DNA of 64,000 bases, from assembly GCA_976226885.1 (NCBI GenBank), contig OZ320315.1, positions 97,154,001 to 97,218,000 of the forward strand, in the 5' to 3' direction. Shown in pieces: positions 49,919-62,964 of the stretch. Each line of letters begins with the position of its first letter. Position 1 is the first letter of the stretch. The position numbers and the translations under genes were made by a program. The stretch is from Iphione sp. A-MEVVRFRX5. Lineage: Eukaryota. The notes beneath the pieces were generated by a model, which was given only the letters and a program-made list of their open reading frames with translations, was not told the origin of the DNA and did no database searches.

Positions 49919-52691
49919 CTAACTAGCTGGTGTTTGATGCTGCCTATACACAATTCTCTTGAATTCCTGCACAGAGAGATTGGGTTTACTTGGATAGGGA
50001 ACTCTGTTCCATGCAATAGTGCCTTTGTACCAGAAAGACTTTTGATACAGGCCTTTCCTTGGGTTTTTCAATTGGATGTTATCCACGTTACTGTATCTGA
50101 GACGTCTGGGCTTTACAAGCATCTTACTTTCAGCAATACAATGGAGTCTGTGAATTAACATGATCAATTGCTTGTTCCCTCTATCACTCACTGTTTCAAG
50201 ACCAGCTTTTGTACGTAGGGAGGTCGCTGAGATCCTGGTTTTTGTGCTCCCTAACAGTACTAGTTTGCTTGCTCGATTGATTTCAGATTGAAGATCATCC
50301 ACGATGCCCTTACTAGCATTGATCATGAAAGGGACACCGTAGTCCAAAGTTGGCAACACAAAAGTATGGAATAGTCTAAGCCTGTCTTTAAAGGGGAGAA
50401 ACTTGACCAACTTAGAAAGACCTATTGCCCTTTGTCTGATTGCTGTTTTTGTTTTTCTCACCATAGGCCTCCAGGATAGCTTATCATCTATAACATAGCC
50501 CAGTAACTTGCAATATGATACTCTTGTTATCGGCTGGCTATCAACACTTAAATCCAACACATACTGATTTGTCCTTCCAAAAGTGAGATACTGAGTTTTT
50601 TCTATATTTAGAGTCAACCCGTTTTCATTAGACCAGTTCAGCACATCTTTGATGGACCTCTGTAGCTTCAGCCGCAGGGTTAAGGCATTTAAGCCTACAC
50701 ATGTTACTGTTAGATCATCTGCATACAGGACTGCGCTTGGGGAGGGAATTTATGACAATGGAGAACATCAGGGGGCCCATAAGGCTCCCCTGAGGCACTC
50801 CTTGGTTTACATTGAGTAGGGAGGAGACAGCCTGATTACACTTTACATATTGCATTCTACCACATAGGTATGTTGACGACCACTTCAGAGCCTTGGGACC
50901 CATGCCTGCTGAATGAAGACAGTTTATAATCAGATTGTGGTTGATTACATCGAACGCTTTGGAGTAGTCAAAGAGAATGCTCGCTACATATTTGTCGTCA
51001 TCAACTGCTGAATATATATCTCGCAGGTATACACCAAGGGCTGTGCTGGTTCCCCTCTGACGACGGAAACCGTGTTGCTCGCGACAGTAGTAGTTACTCT
51101 CTTCCAAGAAGGAGACCATCTGATCATGGATTAGGGCCTCCACTAATTTCCCTACCAATGGGAGTATTGCAATCGGCCTATAATTCTCTTTTTTGACTTT
51201 AGACCCTTTTTTGTGCAGAGGTGTTATTCTTGCTACTTTCCATGCGCTTGGGAAGGTACCAGTAACAATTATCTCGTTAACAATGCTAAGAAGTAACTCT
51301 GAGGACACCAGGAGAGCATCCTTGAGAACTATAGTAGGGATCCCATCAAGACCACTTGGCTTTTTCGGTTTAATTTGCAGTACCTTCTTTACTAATGCAT
51401 GATGTGTCACCGGTTCGAGATCCCATTTATGCTCGCTAGATGGAGGTGTTGGACTGATATACTGACATAGCTTTTCAGCTTGAGTAACAAACATGTTGTT
51501 GAAAACATCAGGGATTTCGGATTCAGATAGATTCATATCATTTTCAGTTAAATTGATTTTGGTAGAACCTTTTCCTTTGTTTAACACTGATGAATTAATA
51601 CAAGACCAGTACTCTTTCGCACTCGTGCAACTTCTGAGTATCTTTCTATAGTAATCACGTTTGGCTTGTGTTGTAAGCTTTTTCACTTTAGATTTAAAGA
51701 ATTTCGAGATTCTTAAATCATCGACGTTACCGGAAAATTTGTATTCACGCAGGAAGTGGTCACGATTGCGAATTGCATCTAACAGTTCAGGGGTTACCCA
51801 GTCCGAACCTGTCTTTTTTGACTTTGGGACCTGTGGACACAATACGGTAACAGCTTTCTCAATACCATCTTGTAATGCATTCCACTTATCAGTGGATGAG
51901 TACTTGTCGTCATTCAGATAGTTATCTAATATTGGCTGTAAACAATCCTGCAGGGCATATTTGTCATAATTTCGCCAATCCCTACCTAGAAAGCATTGTT
52001 TCTTTTTTCTTTCCCTGATTTTCTTATTTACTATGAATACAGGTTTGTGGTCGCTTACATTTATATCCAATGTCCCATGATCTGAGATATTTGACATATT
52101 CGTGAAGATTAAGTCGATAATCGACTTGCTTGAGTCATGTATTATTGTCGGCTCATCAATTAATTGACTCAAACCAAACTTTGAACAGATCTGATCTAAT
52201 TTACATACTGTGGGAGTTTTCTTCGCCCAGTCAATATTTAGATCTCCCCCAATAATAACATCACCTGCACCCTTTCGCTTCATAGCAGTTGTAGTAACTT
52301 CAAGATACTTGATTAGATCAGTTTTACTACTAGATGGCGATGAGTATACAACACTGACACCTAGTGGTTTACGGTACTTTGATTGTAATAATAGCCAAGT
52401 CGATTCAAGGTTTTCAGAACTACAGGATAGCTCTGGGTATTCAATAACAGTCACGGTTTTTTGAACGTACACTAGTATCCCACCAACGCGCTTTTTTATT
52501 GATGACACTCTGTCCTGACGAAAAAGATAATAGTCTGAGTGGTTCAAAATATCGTCAGTAGCTGCTGATGAGAGCCAGGTTTCGGTGATGCAGCACATAT
52601 ATGGTTGATAATTGTCTAGCAGCAGCTTCACCTCATCAATTTTAGGTAGAATACTCCTAATATTCCAGAAGATTATTCCACGGCCTTTCAT
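49919..52691 (-). pseudogene. LINE D ORF2 (EN + RT, frameshift near 50700)
   Basis: FWNIRSILPK, TETWL, GDLN, SDH, NYRP, QHGFR, FDYSKAFD, GVPQGS, YADD. Confidence 0.92.
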
Positions 52692-53491
52692 TTTTATGGA
52701 TTAATAACGATACAGCTAATGTAATTAAGCCCGTTGTGGTAGGGTTAATTGAATTAATTCAGATACTGAGACAACCTAGTGGAAATTGAAAGGAATGAGA
52801 TGAAAGATTAGGTTTAGAGAAGCCTAACGAGGTAGTCTCCAACATTGCAGGCCCAATTGTACACAATATGGTGTTTAACCCTGCCTGCAACATTCATCCG
52901 TCGATGAAATCATTTACAGGCCATGCTGTTTCTGGTGTTATGGGCCCCCCAAGTAGGTTCACCTCTGCTACTGCCAGGTTGTAATGGCAGATCTGCGCAT
53001 TTAACAGAGATTGTTCATCGTTATTGTCACTGATCAGGGGCACCCCATTCACAGGGAGGAAAACAACAGAGTGGCCTAATGCATTGAGGTGATTGGTGAT
53101 TATGGATAGGTTTGTAGGCACATTAGCCTCCACGTCCTCATCATCACTGTGTTTAAGCGTTCATCGACCATCCTCCTCTTTGGCATACGAGTGAAGCCCC
53201 ACTCGCACTACATTCAGGCTGAAAGGACCATCAGGAATTGATGCTATGTGTGATGCGAGGTCCTCTGTCGATAGTCCAGGGTAGATATGAGATGATAATA
53301 TGAACTTGTCTTGGTACGTCTCCTGTATGTGATATGCAAGTTCAGCACCTGTTTCATCCGTCAATAAGCGCACCAAGTGGTTCATCCCTGCAATCGACCC
53401 AGATGTGCTTGTCAGAATATATTCCCTATTGTCACTAGTAAATTAGTTCCTATTTTCACCAATTTACTTGAACAGTTTACAAGTATCTATG

Positions 53492-54967
53492 TTAGATTTT
53501 GTTCGGATTCCAGTTTTCATTGATACACACTTCCCTTAGAGACATTAGCGCTTTGCCCACTTTGTTTGCCCCTTGTTGCTCGTTGCCTCTATCACAGCTA
53601 TCCCACAGATTAACCCCTGAACCGAGGTCAGCGTCGTATGTGGATTCAACCAAGTAGAGGTTTTCACTCCTTCTGAGATAGTCAAGTAAGCTAGGGTTTT
53701 GCTGGAACTTACTGTATGTGATTTCCCGAACCAGGTCCGTACTACTCTTTTCCCAGTCCTCGGTCATTGTGACAAAGTTGCCAAAATGCCTTATCTTCGA
53801 GGGAATATTTTCATTGAGAATTTCTCAAGCTATGGTAGACTCTCCTGCGGCGAGTGCCTTCTGATGTTGGTAGGCCTGCTCGGCCGAATTATATTCTGTA
53901 CCCTTGAAAACGACTCTACATTTGTACAGATTTGAAACAGTCACATGTTCTCCCCTGAACGCCAGCGTCTGGTCATTGTGGTAACTGTTTGCTTCCTCAA
54001 GTGTCAGAGCTGTTGGTAAGGCCAATAGTTTGTCGTGACAATAGGTTATGCCGTCTACCTGAATGCTAATCCCTTTTACGGTTGCCCTATGTCCCAGCTC
54101 ATGGGCGTGTCGAGGAATGTCTTCACTGACATACACATTCTTGTATTTTCGAGAATGTTTTAGTCAAAATCTCCCTTTGTAGACTTGATTCCTGGACCAA
54201 ACAGCCTTGAACACAATCAAGATTGGTCTCGATTTCTCTCTGTTGTACTTTCCTAGACGCCTGACATCAGCTATTTTGTCTTCATCCACAGCGTCATCTA
54301 TGTAGCCGCAGATTTCACTCACTCTTTCAATCAGATTCTCATTAGGCCTTTCCGATAGTCCTTGTATAATTAGGTTGTTTTCTCTTTCCTTTAGTTCTTC
54401 ATTTTGAGTGTCATCCTCTCCGTTTACAGTTGATCTCTCAGCATACTCACAGTCCTGCGTAATTTTCTCAACAGATCCCTCGATCCTGTCAAGCCTCTCA
54501 TTAAATTTGGCCGAGAGTGTTTCCACTCTCTCATCAAAGCTCTTTTCCACTTGATCCAGCCTGGTAGATATTGCTTCAAGCCGATCAGTCAGTGTGCGTT
54601 GAAAGCTATCATACAATGCTTTCAATTGATGTAGGGTTTCCAGAATTCCTTCCTTCTTCAGGTCAGTGAGCGAATTCAGCAATAGAGCTTGCTGACCTTC
54701 AATTTCTTGCAATCGGCAGTTAATATCCACTATACCTTGTTCAACGATTTTCATGCTTGCTGTCGGGGTAATTCCTTCCGAGCGGTCATCGTTCTGCTTG
54801 GACCGGGGGCCCTCCACGTCGTTTCTGTGACCATTGGGCGATATAGGAGGCGAACGCTTGGTATTTGAAAGTCCATGGCTCGTAACGGTCGTACCTTCAA
54901 CATTTGAATCATTGTTGTCTGGCTTTTTCTTTCCTTGAGTCTTTTTTGATCTTGTTAGATTCGTCAT
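53492..54967 (-). pseudogene. LINE D ORF1 (coiled coil-RRM-CTD) fused to NADAR
   Basis: FRGEHVTVSNLY..SAEQAYQHQKA..W..SKFQQNPSL..LVESTYD..GANKVGKALMSLR. Confidence 0.88.
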
Positions 54968-55039
54968 GCCTGTTTGCCTCAGTCTGAGTGGATACCTTTA
55001 ACATTCAGTTCGCTTAGATCACTTTAAACACTCACTTTT

Positions 55040-56516
55040 AGATTCTGCCAGGTGATGCACTCCAGTGATTTTATTTAGTAGGCTGGTGACACCTGTAACA
55101 ATAGGTTTAGTATTCATGCAATAATGAGATGTGAGTTTGTGAACAAGCAGTGTTAGAAGGAAAGGTTTGGAAGTATATATTCAGTAAGAAATATTCAGTA
55201 TTACGTTGGGACCGGGGGAGATGATGAGATGGTATTAACTAGACAGCTGTACCATATCTCTATCGAGACTAGTGGCAAATTGAACCTTGTAATGAGGCAT
55301 TGTTTTATTGATAGCAACACTAACACCTTCGTAAATAACATTAATCACAAAAACATAAGCAAAGTTTTACACGGGGGTAAGATTATGTATAAATTACATG
55401 AGATTCGCAAGAAACTCCTCAAGGAAATCTGGAGCGATTTCTACTCAGGAAATATTAGACCAGGCATGTGAGGACGTGGTAGCCCTGAAATTCAAATATT
55501 TACATACTTTATAAAGACACACATACTTTGCAGTAGGGTCTCTCAGTATCGACACTATGAATGTTTGACCATTTTGCAGAAAAGATGCATATAACTAACC
55601 AGGCTGGCCTTTTGAGCACATAAATCAGATGATTTTCATATATATGATGGTAACAAAACATTGCTCTTCTGTCGACAGTTAGGTACAATAATAATATTAC
55701 AGGTATATTAGGAAATCCGAACGATTTCATCACAATCTGTATTCGGGTCGTTCAATGGCATGTAGCGCTCATTCTGTAGGTGGACGAGCATCGTCAATGC
55801 ATCCAGAGATTACCAGATAATTCATCATAATTATTTCACCTGTACCCGGTACAGCACAATGCGTGGCGGGATTAATGAAACAGTTTGCCGAGGAACTTAA
55901 TCACCTTCTCAATCATCTCAAGTCGACCCAGGGAATCCAGATGACAGCCATCCTCCAATTTCTGGTGCTTGTTGGTGTCACGTCCATTCGTCCCTACCAT
56001 GGATGATTGTTCCGATATGTGGAGTTGGCAGCCCATGGGATTTATTCAGCGCTCGGATGTTATTGATGACCTCATGCATAGCCGAGCTGAGGCTTCGTTG
56101 GGTGTCGCTAACCGATTTTCCTGTAAAAGAATCTCCGCGAAAGTAACTGTTATACCGGAGAATATCAGGGCAAAAAAACAAAGACCACAAATGAACTCGT
56201 CTCTTGTAGCATGTGTCAAAAAGTAATGTTTTGTCATCAGGTAGATATATTTGCTGACATACCTCACCGTTGGGTAGTGACGCATACTGATCCAAAGCGG
56301 TAGCATCATTTGTCCCAACTAGCAGCACAAACGGAATGTCATTAAGTGAGAAGTCCATTACCTTTTGCGTCAGATCGACAAGTCCGATTCCCGGGAAATA
56401 CTGAACTCTTAGGTCCTAATACCTCTCCGCCTAAGGTCTGATTGTAGGTGTTTCCCATGAGAATCGGTAAATATGTAAACTGATGGTGGGTATGCGTGCG
56501 AGTTCATAGTGTACAT
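55040..56516 (-). mobile_element. LINE C, 5-prime part: SGNH ORF (about 55750-56516) + EN N-terminus (55040-55110)
   Basis: Manual translation gives VYIFTDSHG..YFPG..LLVGTND, and VTSLLNKI..HLAES, which continues into (N)SPDIIIISETWL at 49665. Confidence 0.7.
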
Positions 56517-56520
56517 GGTG

Positions 56521-58535
56521 TCATTACAACACAACAAGAGGTGAGTGGAGACATGTTTATTGCGAGGAGACATGAGCAACAAGTGACATGAGGGCCTAAT
56601 GGCCAGAATAACAGCAATTACATGGATTAATCAATAATTAGGAGATATTAGGTTCTGGTTAGGCCAGTGGTTGCCCTGTGGGCATGAGGAGAGGGGCATG
56701 GCCTATGGCCTGAGTCCTCCTTGTCATTTGATTACTGAGAGTCCTTGCTGTTATCTTTGTGTTCGGCTTGGCTTGGAAGTGCTGAAAAGAGGGTTGGGTG
56801 GGTGGGTAATCTCAACGGTGGCGAGGACCAGAGTGAGGAGAGGGTGCGTAGGGGGGTCCCCTTCCTCACCATCGCGCATGCTCCATGCCTCCTCACCTCC
56901 CTCTGCAATGAGGGCGCATGCTCCGCATGCGTACTCATTACAACACAACAAGAGGTGAGTGGAGACATGTTTAATGCAAGGAGACATGAGCAACAAGTGA
57001 CATGAGGGCCTATAATGGCCAGAATAACAGCAATTACATGGATTAATCAATAATTAGGAGATATTAGGTTCTGGTTAGGCCAGTGGTTGCCCTGTGGGCG
57101 TGAGGAGAGGGGCATGGCCTATGGCCGGAGTCCTCCTTGTCATTTGATTATTGAGTGTCCTTGTGTTTCTGGCCCAAGGAGAGTTGTGTACTGATGGTGG
57201 CCCGTCGAACCTCTGGGAGGTAGGCGGATGCTGCCAGAGAGCGCCAGTCATCCTTCTCCAGCACTTGGCGCAGCCCAACGCCCGAGTGGAGGTCATGTCA
57301 GGCACCCCCGTGCCAGAGGGCGTGGAGTGTGACTGCACCCCTCGGGATGCCCAGCCGCTCCATAGCAAAGGCCCAACGACGGGCGACCACCGAGGCCTGG
57401 AGCGGGGTCCCATCCCTCCTCGAGATGAGGGGCTGGTGTTGGCTCAACGTTGGGGCGTACAGCAGGAGTCGTAGTATGGCTTCTATCAGTGCCGACCCCC
57501 AGGGCTCCTGTGGGTGTTGAATGGGTCAGATCGGGTGTAGAAGTGGCTCTGCCTCAGGAGGGAGGCGAACTGCAGCCGGAGGCCGCAGACAAGAGCCGGG
57601 CCATCTGGGTCATCGTGGAGGACCCGGCAGACGGCGTCCAGGAGCCCGGTGGTAACTGCAGGACGGGGCGCGTCCAGCACAGGCCGCCTCCTGGCAAGGC
57701 CTTTGAGGGCATTTGCAACGGGCTTTGAGGTCCAGGCTGAGTGCAGCAGATTGCGGTCCCCCAGGGCGCCCCGGATTGCCCCGATGGTGTTGGCGGTGGA
57801 CCAAGCTGAGGTGGACTCGGCACAGTGCTCCATGAAGGCGCAGTTCACTGCTGGTGTTGGGCACCCAGGGTCGATGCCATGTTTAGTGGCAAAGGCGGCA
57901 AACTTGGAGACCGCTGAGTCCCTGTTTCTCTTGGTGCCTGGGCGGATGGCTTCTTTGATGGTGTCCTCCGCCCTGGCGAGGAGTGTGTTGAGGCGTGGAT
58001 CTGTGGGTTATAAGAACATGTTGTAGTCATATGCCAAGGGAGGAATAGAGGTAAACGGAAGGGAGACAGAGGTGGTCAGGCGGGTGGCAAGCTCATGGGC
58101 GGCCGGGGAGAGGGAGGAGCGGCTGAGGGCGTCGGCGAGGACCATGGAGGCGCCGGGGCAGTGCTAGAAGGAGACTGCAATGCCCTCCAGTTCAGCCTCC
58201 ATCAACATCGCCCAGGCGCAAGCCAGGAGGACCGGGTCCCGGCCTCTGCCAGAGGAGTAGACGGAGACGGCTGCGGAGTTGTCACAGAGGAGGCAGACTC
58301 TGGTGGCCAGGGGTAGCCCAGGGAGGAAGGTCCTGAGGGCCAGGAGGCAATTGATGGCTTCTAGCTGAGAGATGTGGTGGTCGCGAGCCAGATGGCGGGG
58401 CCACATGGAGTAGCACCGGCTGCCATCAGAAGCGCCTGTGCTCTGGAGGCAGGCGTCGGCCTCGATGGTGATGTCGGGGGGGCCCGGCAGGAAGTATGAT
58501 ATACCATTGAAACGCTGGGTGAAGGAGTGGAGCAA
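56521..58535 (-). mobile_element. Ngaro/PAT-like element E, 3-prime half: RNase H, YR, B1-A2-B2
   Basis: ~225-bp near-identical direct repeats at 56521-56745 and 56936-57160 flank A2. RH ADACLQSTGA..HISQLEA..CDN. YR ASLLRQS. Confidence 0.88.
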
Positions 58536-58539
58536 TCAA

Positions 58540-61500
58540 TACATTAAAATACATCCATAAATAAATTACATAAAATATAATAAGTGTAGATGAGTGCCAA
58601 ACATTAGGATATGAGTGAGTTGACGAGGGCCTCCGTAGGCATTGGAGGTCCAGGTACCGAATTAACTGTAATACGTCACATCTGTGCTCATATGCTACTG
58701 TTGCTGCTGTTCTGCGGAGGCTATGCAAAGAGAGGCCTTCTGGATTCACATTGGCCTGAGTGGCCAGTTTAAGTAGTTGCTTACCAAGCCATGTCGACGT
58801 CACTGGTACCCTCAAGTTAGGCCAGGTAAGCCGAGGCTGAGCTACATGTAGCGTTGGTTGAAGTGTCGTTAACATTTTAAAAGTGTGTACAGGGCACAAC
58901 ATTGGATCAGGGGAACTGGGCAACACTATGTCTCTACACTGATAATACAATTGTTGGGTCTTCGACCATTTTTGTCTAATACACAGCGAATCCTTAACCA
59001 TTTTACAATCTGCCCGTGTTGGGTGACGTTCTTGGTTGAAAGCTGACATGGCTCGTGGAGCCACTTCCGACTGCCTTAACCCGGCATAAAACATCAGCAT
59101 AAGTGCCATTCGCAAAATCAGACCATGAGGAGCTGAAATAGTTGCGTACAGCAATCGTTTCACCTCGCCAGGTTTCAAGGGCCGTTTTTGTGCAAATACA
59201 TGTGATTTCGTACTTAAGACAGCGTCCAAGGCATGTTTTGCTTGCCTTGACTCAAAGGCTGTATCAAAATAGCCGTGGTCCTTAAGGAACTCTCTTATGG
59301 AAGAAATAACATTTACAACGGATGCTGGACTGCCGAGGAAGCTGGTTAAGTATGATATATACATACAGGCTTGCAACACACTGGGTTGGAACGGGAGTAC
59401 CCTGACGCGAAAGCAGAATGACAAGCATGTCCGGGCCGCAGATCGCCTGTTTGCAAGCGTCCCAGGAGCCCTTGCCTTAGCAACTAACCGTTCTGCTTCT
59501 GCCGCCAACGTCTGGAATCAGAGGTTAGGCCAGATAAAGTGTCAGTGACAGGTGAGATTCTCTGCAAGTTTCTCTGTGTGATGAAGTCTGAGGCAATGTA
59601 ATGGTACTTAGGATGGTCGTGCCATCTGGATGAGGCATCCGCAAGTACCATCATACTACCAGGAGTGTGTTCATACAAAATATTCACATGATACCTAGCT
59701 TGAAACAACCACATAGATCGGGCACATTTGAGTAATGTCGGGTCCCTCCCCCGACCAGATCTGAAGTTGTCAACTGCTGGCATGTTATCACATCGCACCT
59801 TGATGGTGGACCCTGCATGGCCGCGAATACACAGCGATTACAAGATTTGTTGCTTCTATCTGACTAATGTGCAATCCTTTGCAGTACGCGGGGATGGTCT
59901 CAGCGTAGTAGCTGAACTGGTCAGCCCCGCCGATTCTGTCCATACATGCGTCAACGACTATCTCTTTGTCCACAATGGTGTTGGGAATTATTGCAATTCC
60001 ATTCCACTCTGATAAGTAAGACCTAAGTCATCTGAGATCCAATCTAGCTTTACCATTCGTTTCCCTAAGGTTCTGCAGCAACCTACCCACGAACAGCCTG
60101 GCTGGTGGCACACATCTGGCTACCTGTAGGACTTTGCTGAGTAAGCTTTGGAAGTCGTGTTTGGACACCGATCGCCTCTTCAATGTCCCGACCACGACGT
60201 TCGATATCTCAGCTAGTTTGTCACCAGGGATTGAGACAGTCATATTTGTAGTGTCTATTTAAATTCCCAACCACCTGACACGCTGAGCGGGGGTTTGTGC
60301 TTTCTCATTTGCCTCGGGTAGGTTAAGTTCATTCAGGAGCTGCCGTACCCGTTCAAATGCCATGTCTGCTTTTTCCCTAGACTCTTCTGGCTATTCTTTG
60401 CATATGGTAAGCTGAGCATCGGAACCAAATGGAATGGCCGTGTCGAAGTAAACCTGGTTTTGCCAGGAGAACCCTAACAGTGTGGTGAAATTCCGATAGG
60501 CTCTAGCTACATCTAGCGTTGCCATAAATGGTGGCGAATGCATCTGTCGGATAACATTAAGTAGAGCTGCGACTGTTGGAAGAGAGTGGTCGCGAGTTAC
60601 CCCGAGAACCATATTTCTCCCAATGTATGTCTAATATAACCCTACGTTGCTGTGGCTCTTTTTTAGGTCGTGTCAAGAGAGGGGATAAGTGCATGGCTGG
60701 TGAGAAAGGACTTTTGTCCAAAGGGCCATGTACTGCGCCAAAAGATATTTCTTTTTGAATATAACTGTGTATTGAATCTGGAAACTGTGTAGCAGAGGGA
60801 TGATTAGTAGCACATTGCATCACGGGAGCTGGACCCATATAGCCTAGTGGGAAACCGTACGTCAGTAGATCGAGTAGCTGTGAATCGCCATCGTCGTACT
60901 TCAGGTATGCTTCCCAGGCAGCTATATTTGTGGTTGTGGGCACTGGTACACGTGTAACCACCACGTTCGGTTGCCCATCCTGTTTGACTGCTTGGTAAAT
61001 ACTACATCGGGCCAATTGGTCTTTTTATAGGCAGCTTATTGTTGAAAAGTACATACTGTCGTTATTTCCCCTATTTTGGTTTTACAAATTTCTCTGACCT
61101 TGTCAAACGTGATCTGAGATGGAACTGTTTGGTTCGCCAGAGGACTACAAGAGTCTCCTACTGGTGAACCTGTTGATACTCGTTTTTTGATTGAATCTTT
61201 GCATGTGGTTGTTGCGTAGCCAGAATGTTCGGGTTGGTCAGTTGTGTTTTTCCAATGTGCGTATGCTGGAGTTGTTGGTTTGGGGGTCGTGTCTGTGCTG
61301 TGGCCTTAGCTCGTTTTCCACAAACTATGTTTGTGTGAGGGTTCCTTGCCCTGCTAAGGGCATAGCAATACATACAGCAGTGTGTGAATTTTACCAATGG
61401 TTGTTTTGTATGGTCTGTCGTGTGTGAGCACCCAATTCCATTGAAGTGTGGACAAGGAACCTTGGTTGTTTGCTGCATTTGTCGAACCGCCTCTGCTACT

Positions 61501-61650
61501 CCCTTTATATACACCTTCAGCGGTGACGTGGCGATCTGGTTGACTTCACTCCTAATGACTCACCCTTACATGCCGCCACAATGAGTCATTGGTTGCATAG
61601 TATCGTTCCCGGTGGTCAATGAACTGTGACCTTAGCGAAGCACCTGCCCC
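58540..61650 (-). mobile_element. DIRS-type element F: gag C-terminus, RT, RNase H, tyrosine recombinase
   Basis: Gag 61158-61514 (PCPHFN..C..H..HCC.YC). RT 60028-61015 (LDVARAY, FDTAIPFG). RH VDACMD..HISQIEA..CDN..ADASSR. YR AGLRQSE, HSLRR, (frameshift) GTWTSNAY. Confidence 0.9.
58640..59508 (-). pseudogene. Tyrosine recombinase of DIRS F
   Basis: Catalytic R (AGLRQS) and H-x-x-R (HSLRR) are in frame. The W..Y motif follows a frameshift. Confidence 0.85.
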
Positions 61651-61653
61651 CCC

Positions 61654-62500
61654 ATTTGATTTGATTTGATTTGATTTTTATTGTCTTTTCTCATAATGCA
61701 ATGAGGTGTTAATTTGACAGTGGTTGCTACAGAAAAAAGAGTTATTAACATTCTATACAAAAAGAAGTCGTGTTTACCCATTTACTGTCGAGGGAGGCTT
61801 CCACTAGCATCAGATCAGCAGTTTCTAACACCACTGTCGCCCTGTGACGTATCCCTTTCTAGTGTATCTATTCTAGCTTTCTCAGATTCAAGGTGTACGA
61901 TTTTCTTTTTGTCTACTTAGCGCAGACAGCGCGTCATTGATTTTTTGATTATTGTTTTGAATGCCCATATTGAATGATTCATGTATTTTCTTTGTTTCTG
62001 AAATATGTTCTGTCAGAATATCAGTCACATTTTTAAGCATAATTTGCAGGTCCGACCTCGTTTCATAAAACATAACCTGGACTGAGTCAGTAGGTTGGGA
62101 TTGCTCTATTAGTCGTTGGAGAGTCTGGAGAACTGACCTTTGTCTGGAATTAGTTCTGAATAACTGCCATCAGCAGTATTATTAGAAATCCCAGTAAGAG
62201 ACTCTTTACTTTTTTGTATCGATATTGAGATCAACAGGGCTTACCTCTTTTCTTTTGATGCCACCGTCATTCGGGACTATATTTCCCTTCCCTTCAGGGG
62301 TAATCGGTGTGACAGCAGTTGGCTCTAATGGGATAGGGTCTGTTGAGCAGGCATTCTTTTCTTCTTTTGCCATTGATTGAAGCGGGGTTAAAAATAATGG
62401 TGTTGCAAGCACTGCGTCCACATAGCCTGCGGCCGAGTGCGTTGAAGCGTCGTGTGGTTGGGTATTGTTTTCCGCGGTGTCCATGTCTCTTGGGTACGAG
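61654..62500 (-). mobile_element. LINE remnant: ORF1 N-terminus/coiled coil, short NADAR remnant (61775-61835), (AATCA)n tail
   Basis: VLETADLMLVEASLDSKW. GATTT repeats at 61654-61675 plus TTTATT. Confidence 0.6.
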
Positions 62501-62599
62501 ACAATCCAGCGGTAGTTTTTAAATCCAAGTTTCCGCGTTAAATGTCTTAAATGTCGCCCTGATGATTATATTGGCGAGCGGTCTAGTGTAGTTGAGGGG

Positions 62600-62960
62600 A
62601 ATTAGTGCCACCAGTCACTCCCCCAGTCCGCAAAACACGTCCGTTCACCTCCACGCCATCATGTGTCTCTCTAGCTGCCATCACTGCCTCACGAGGGAAG
62701 ATGGACCTGTCCACCCTGTGTGTATCAGATGACGGGGTGCCGACAGTGATGCCGAAATCCTCACCAAGGAAGAAATCTCCCAGTTGCCAGTCACCCGACC
62801 AGGTTATGCTCTAGGCTTGCATGCTGGCGTCTATCTTCACACTGTCTGAGATGGGGTCCTGAGGTCTTATGATCTTGGCTGCTTTGTTGAAAGTAGCTGC
62901 AAACTGAGTCCACCAGTTTGTCCTCATGGAATTCTCTGCCCAACCTCACTCGGTCAGATT
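62600..62960 (-). mobile_element. Possible DIRS RNase H fragment
   Basis: Manual translation WWTQF..FN..VKIDASMQA*..DWQLG resembles the DIRS RT-RH junction. Confidence 0.5.
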
Positions 62961-62964
62961 TGCT

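Larger units (their letters stand above)
49666..55039 (-). mobile_element. LINE D, apparently full length (~5.4 kb) with (TTCAA)n-like tail: ORF1-NADAR, SGNH-like ORF, ORF2
   Basis: Tail at about 49666-49692 plus AATAAA. ORF2 50715-52691 and 49919-50644. SGNH-like 52894-53385, NADAR about 53492-53960, ORF1 53825-54967 (NLIIQG, RRLG..RPILIVF). Confidence 0.9.

Noticed and set aside
55034-55042. Target-site duplication for LINE D (TAAAAG vs TAATAG at 49661-49666)
   Set aside because: The match is short, imperfect and confounded with the A/T-rich tail.
55750-56516. Assigning this SGNH ORF to Ngaro element E (some Ngaro elements encode hydrolases)
   Set aside because: It lies outside the B2 terminus and is followed by a LINE EN start, so it fits LINE C better.
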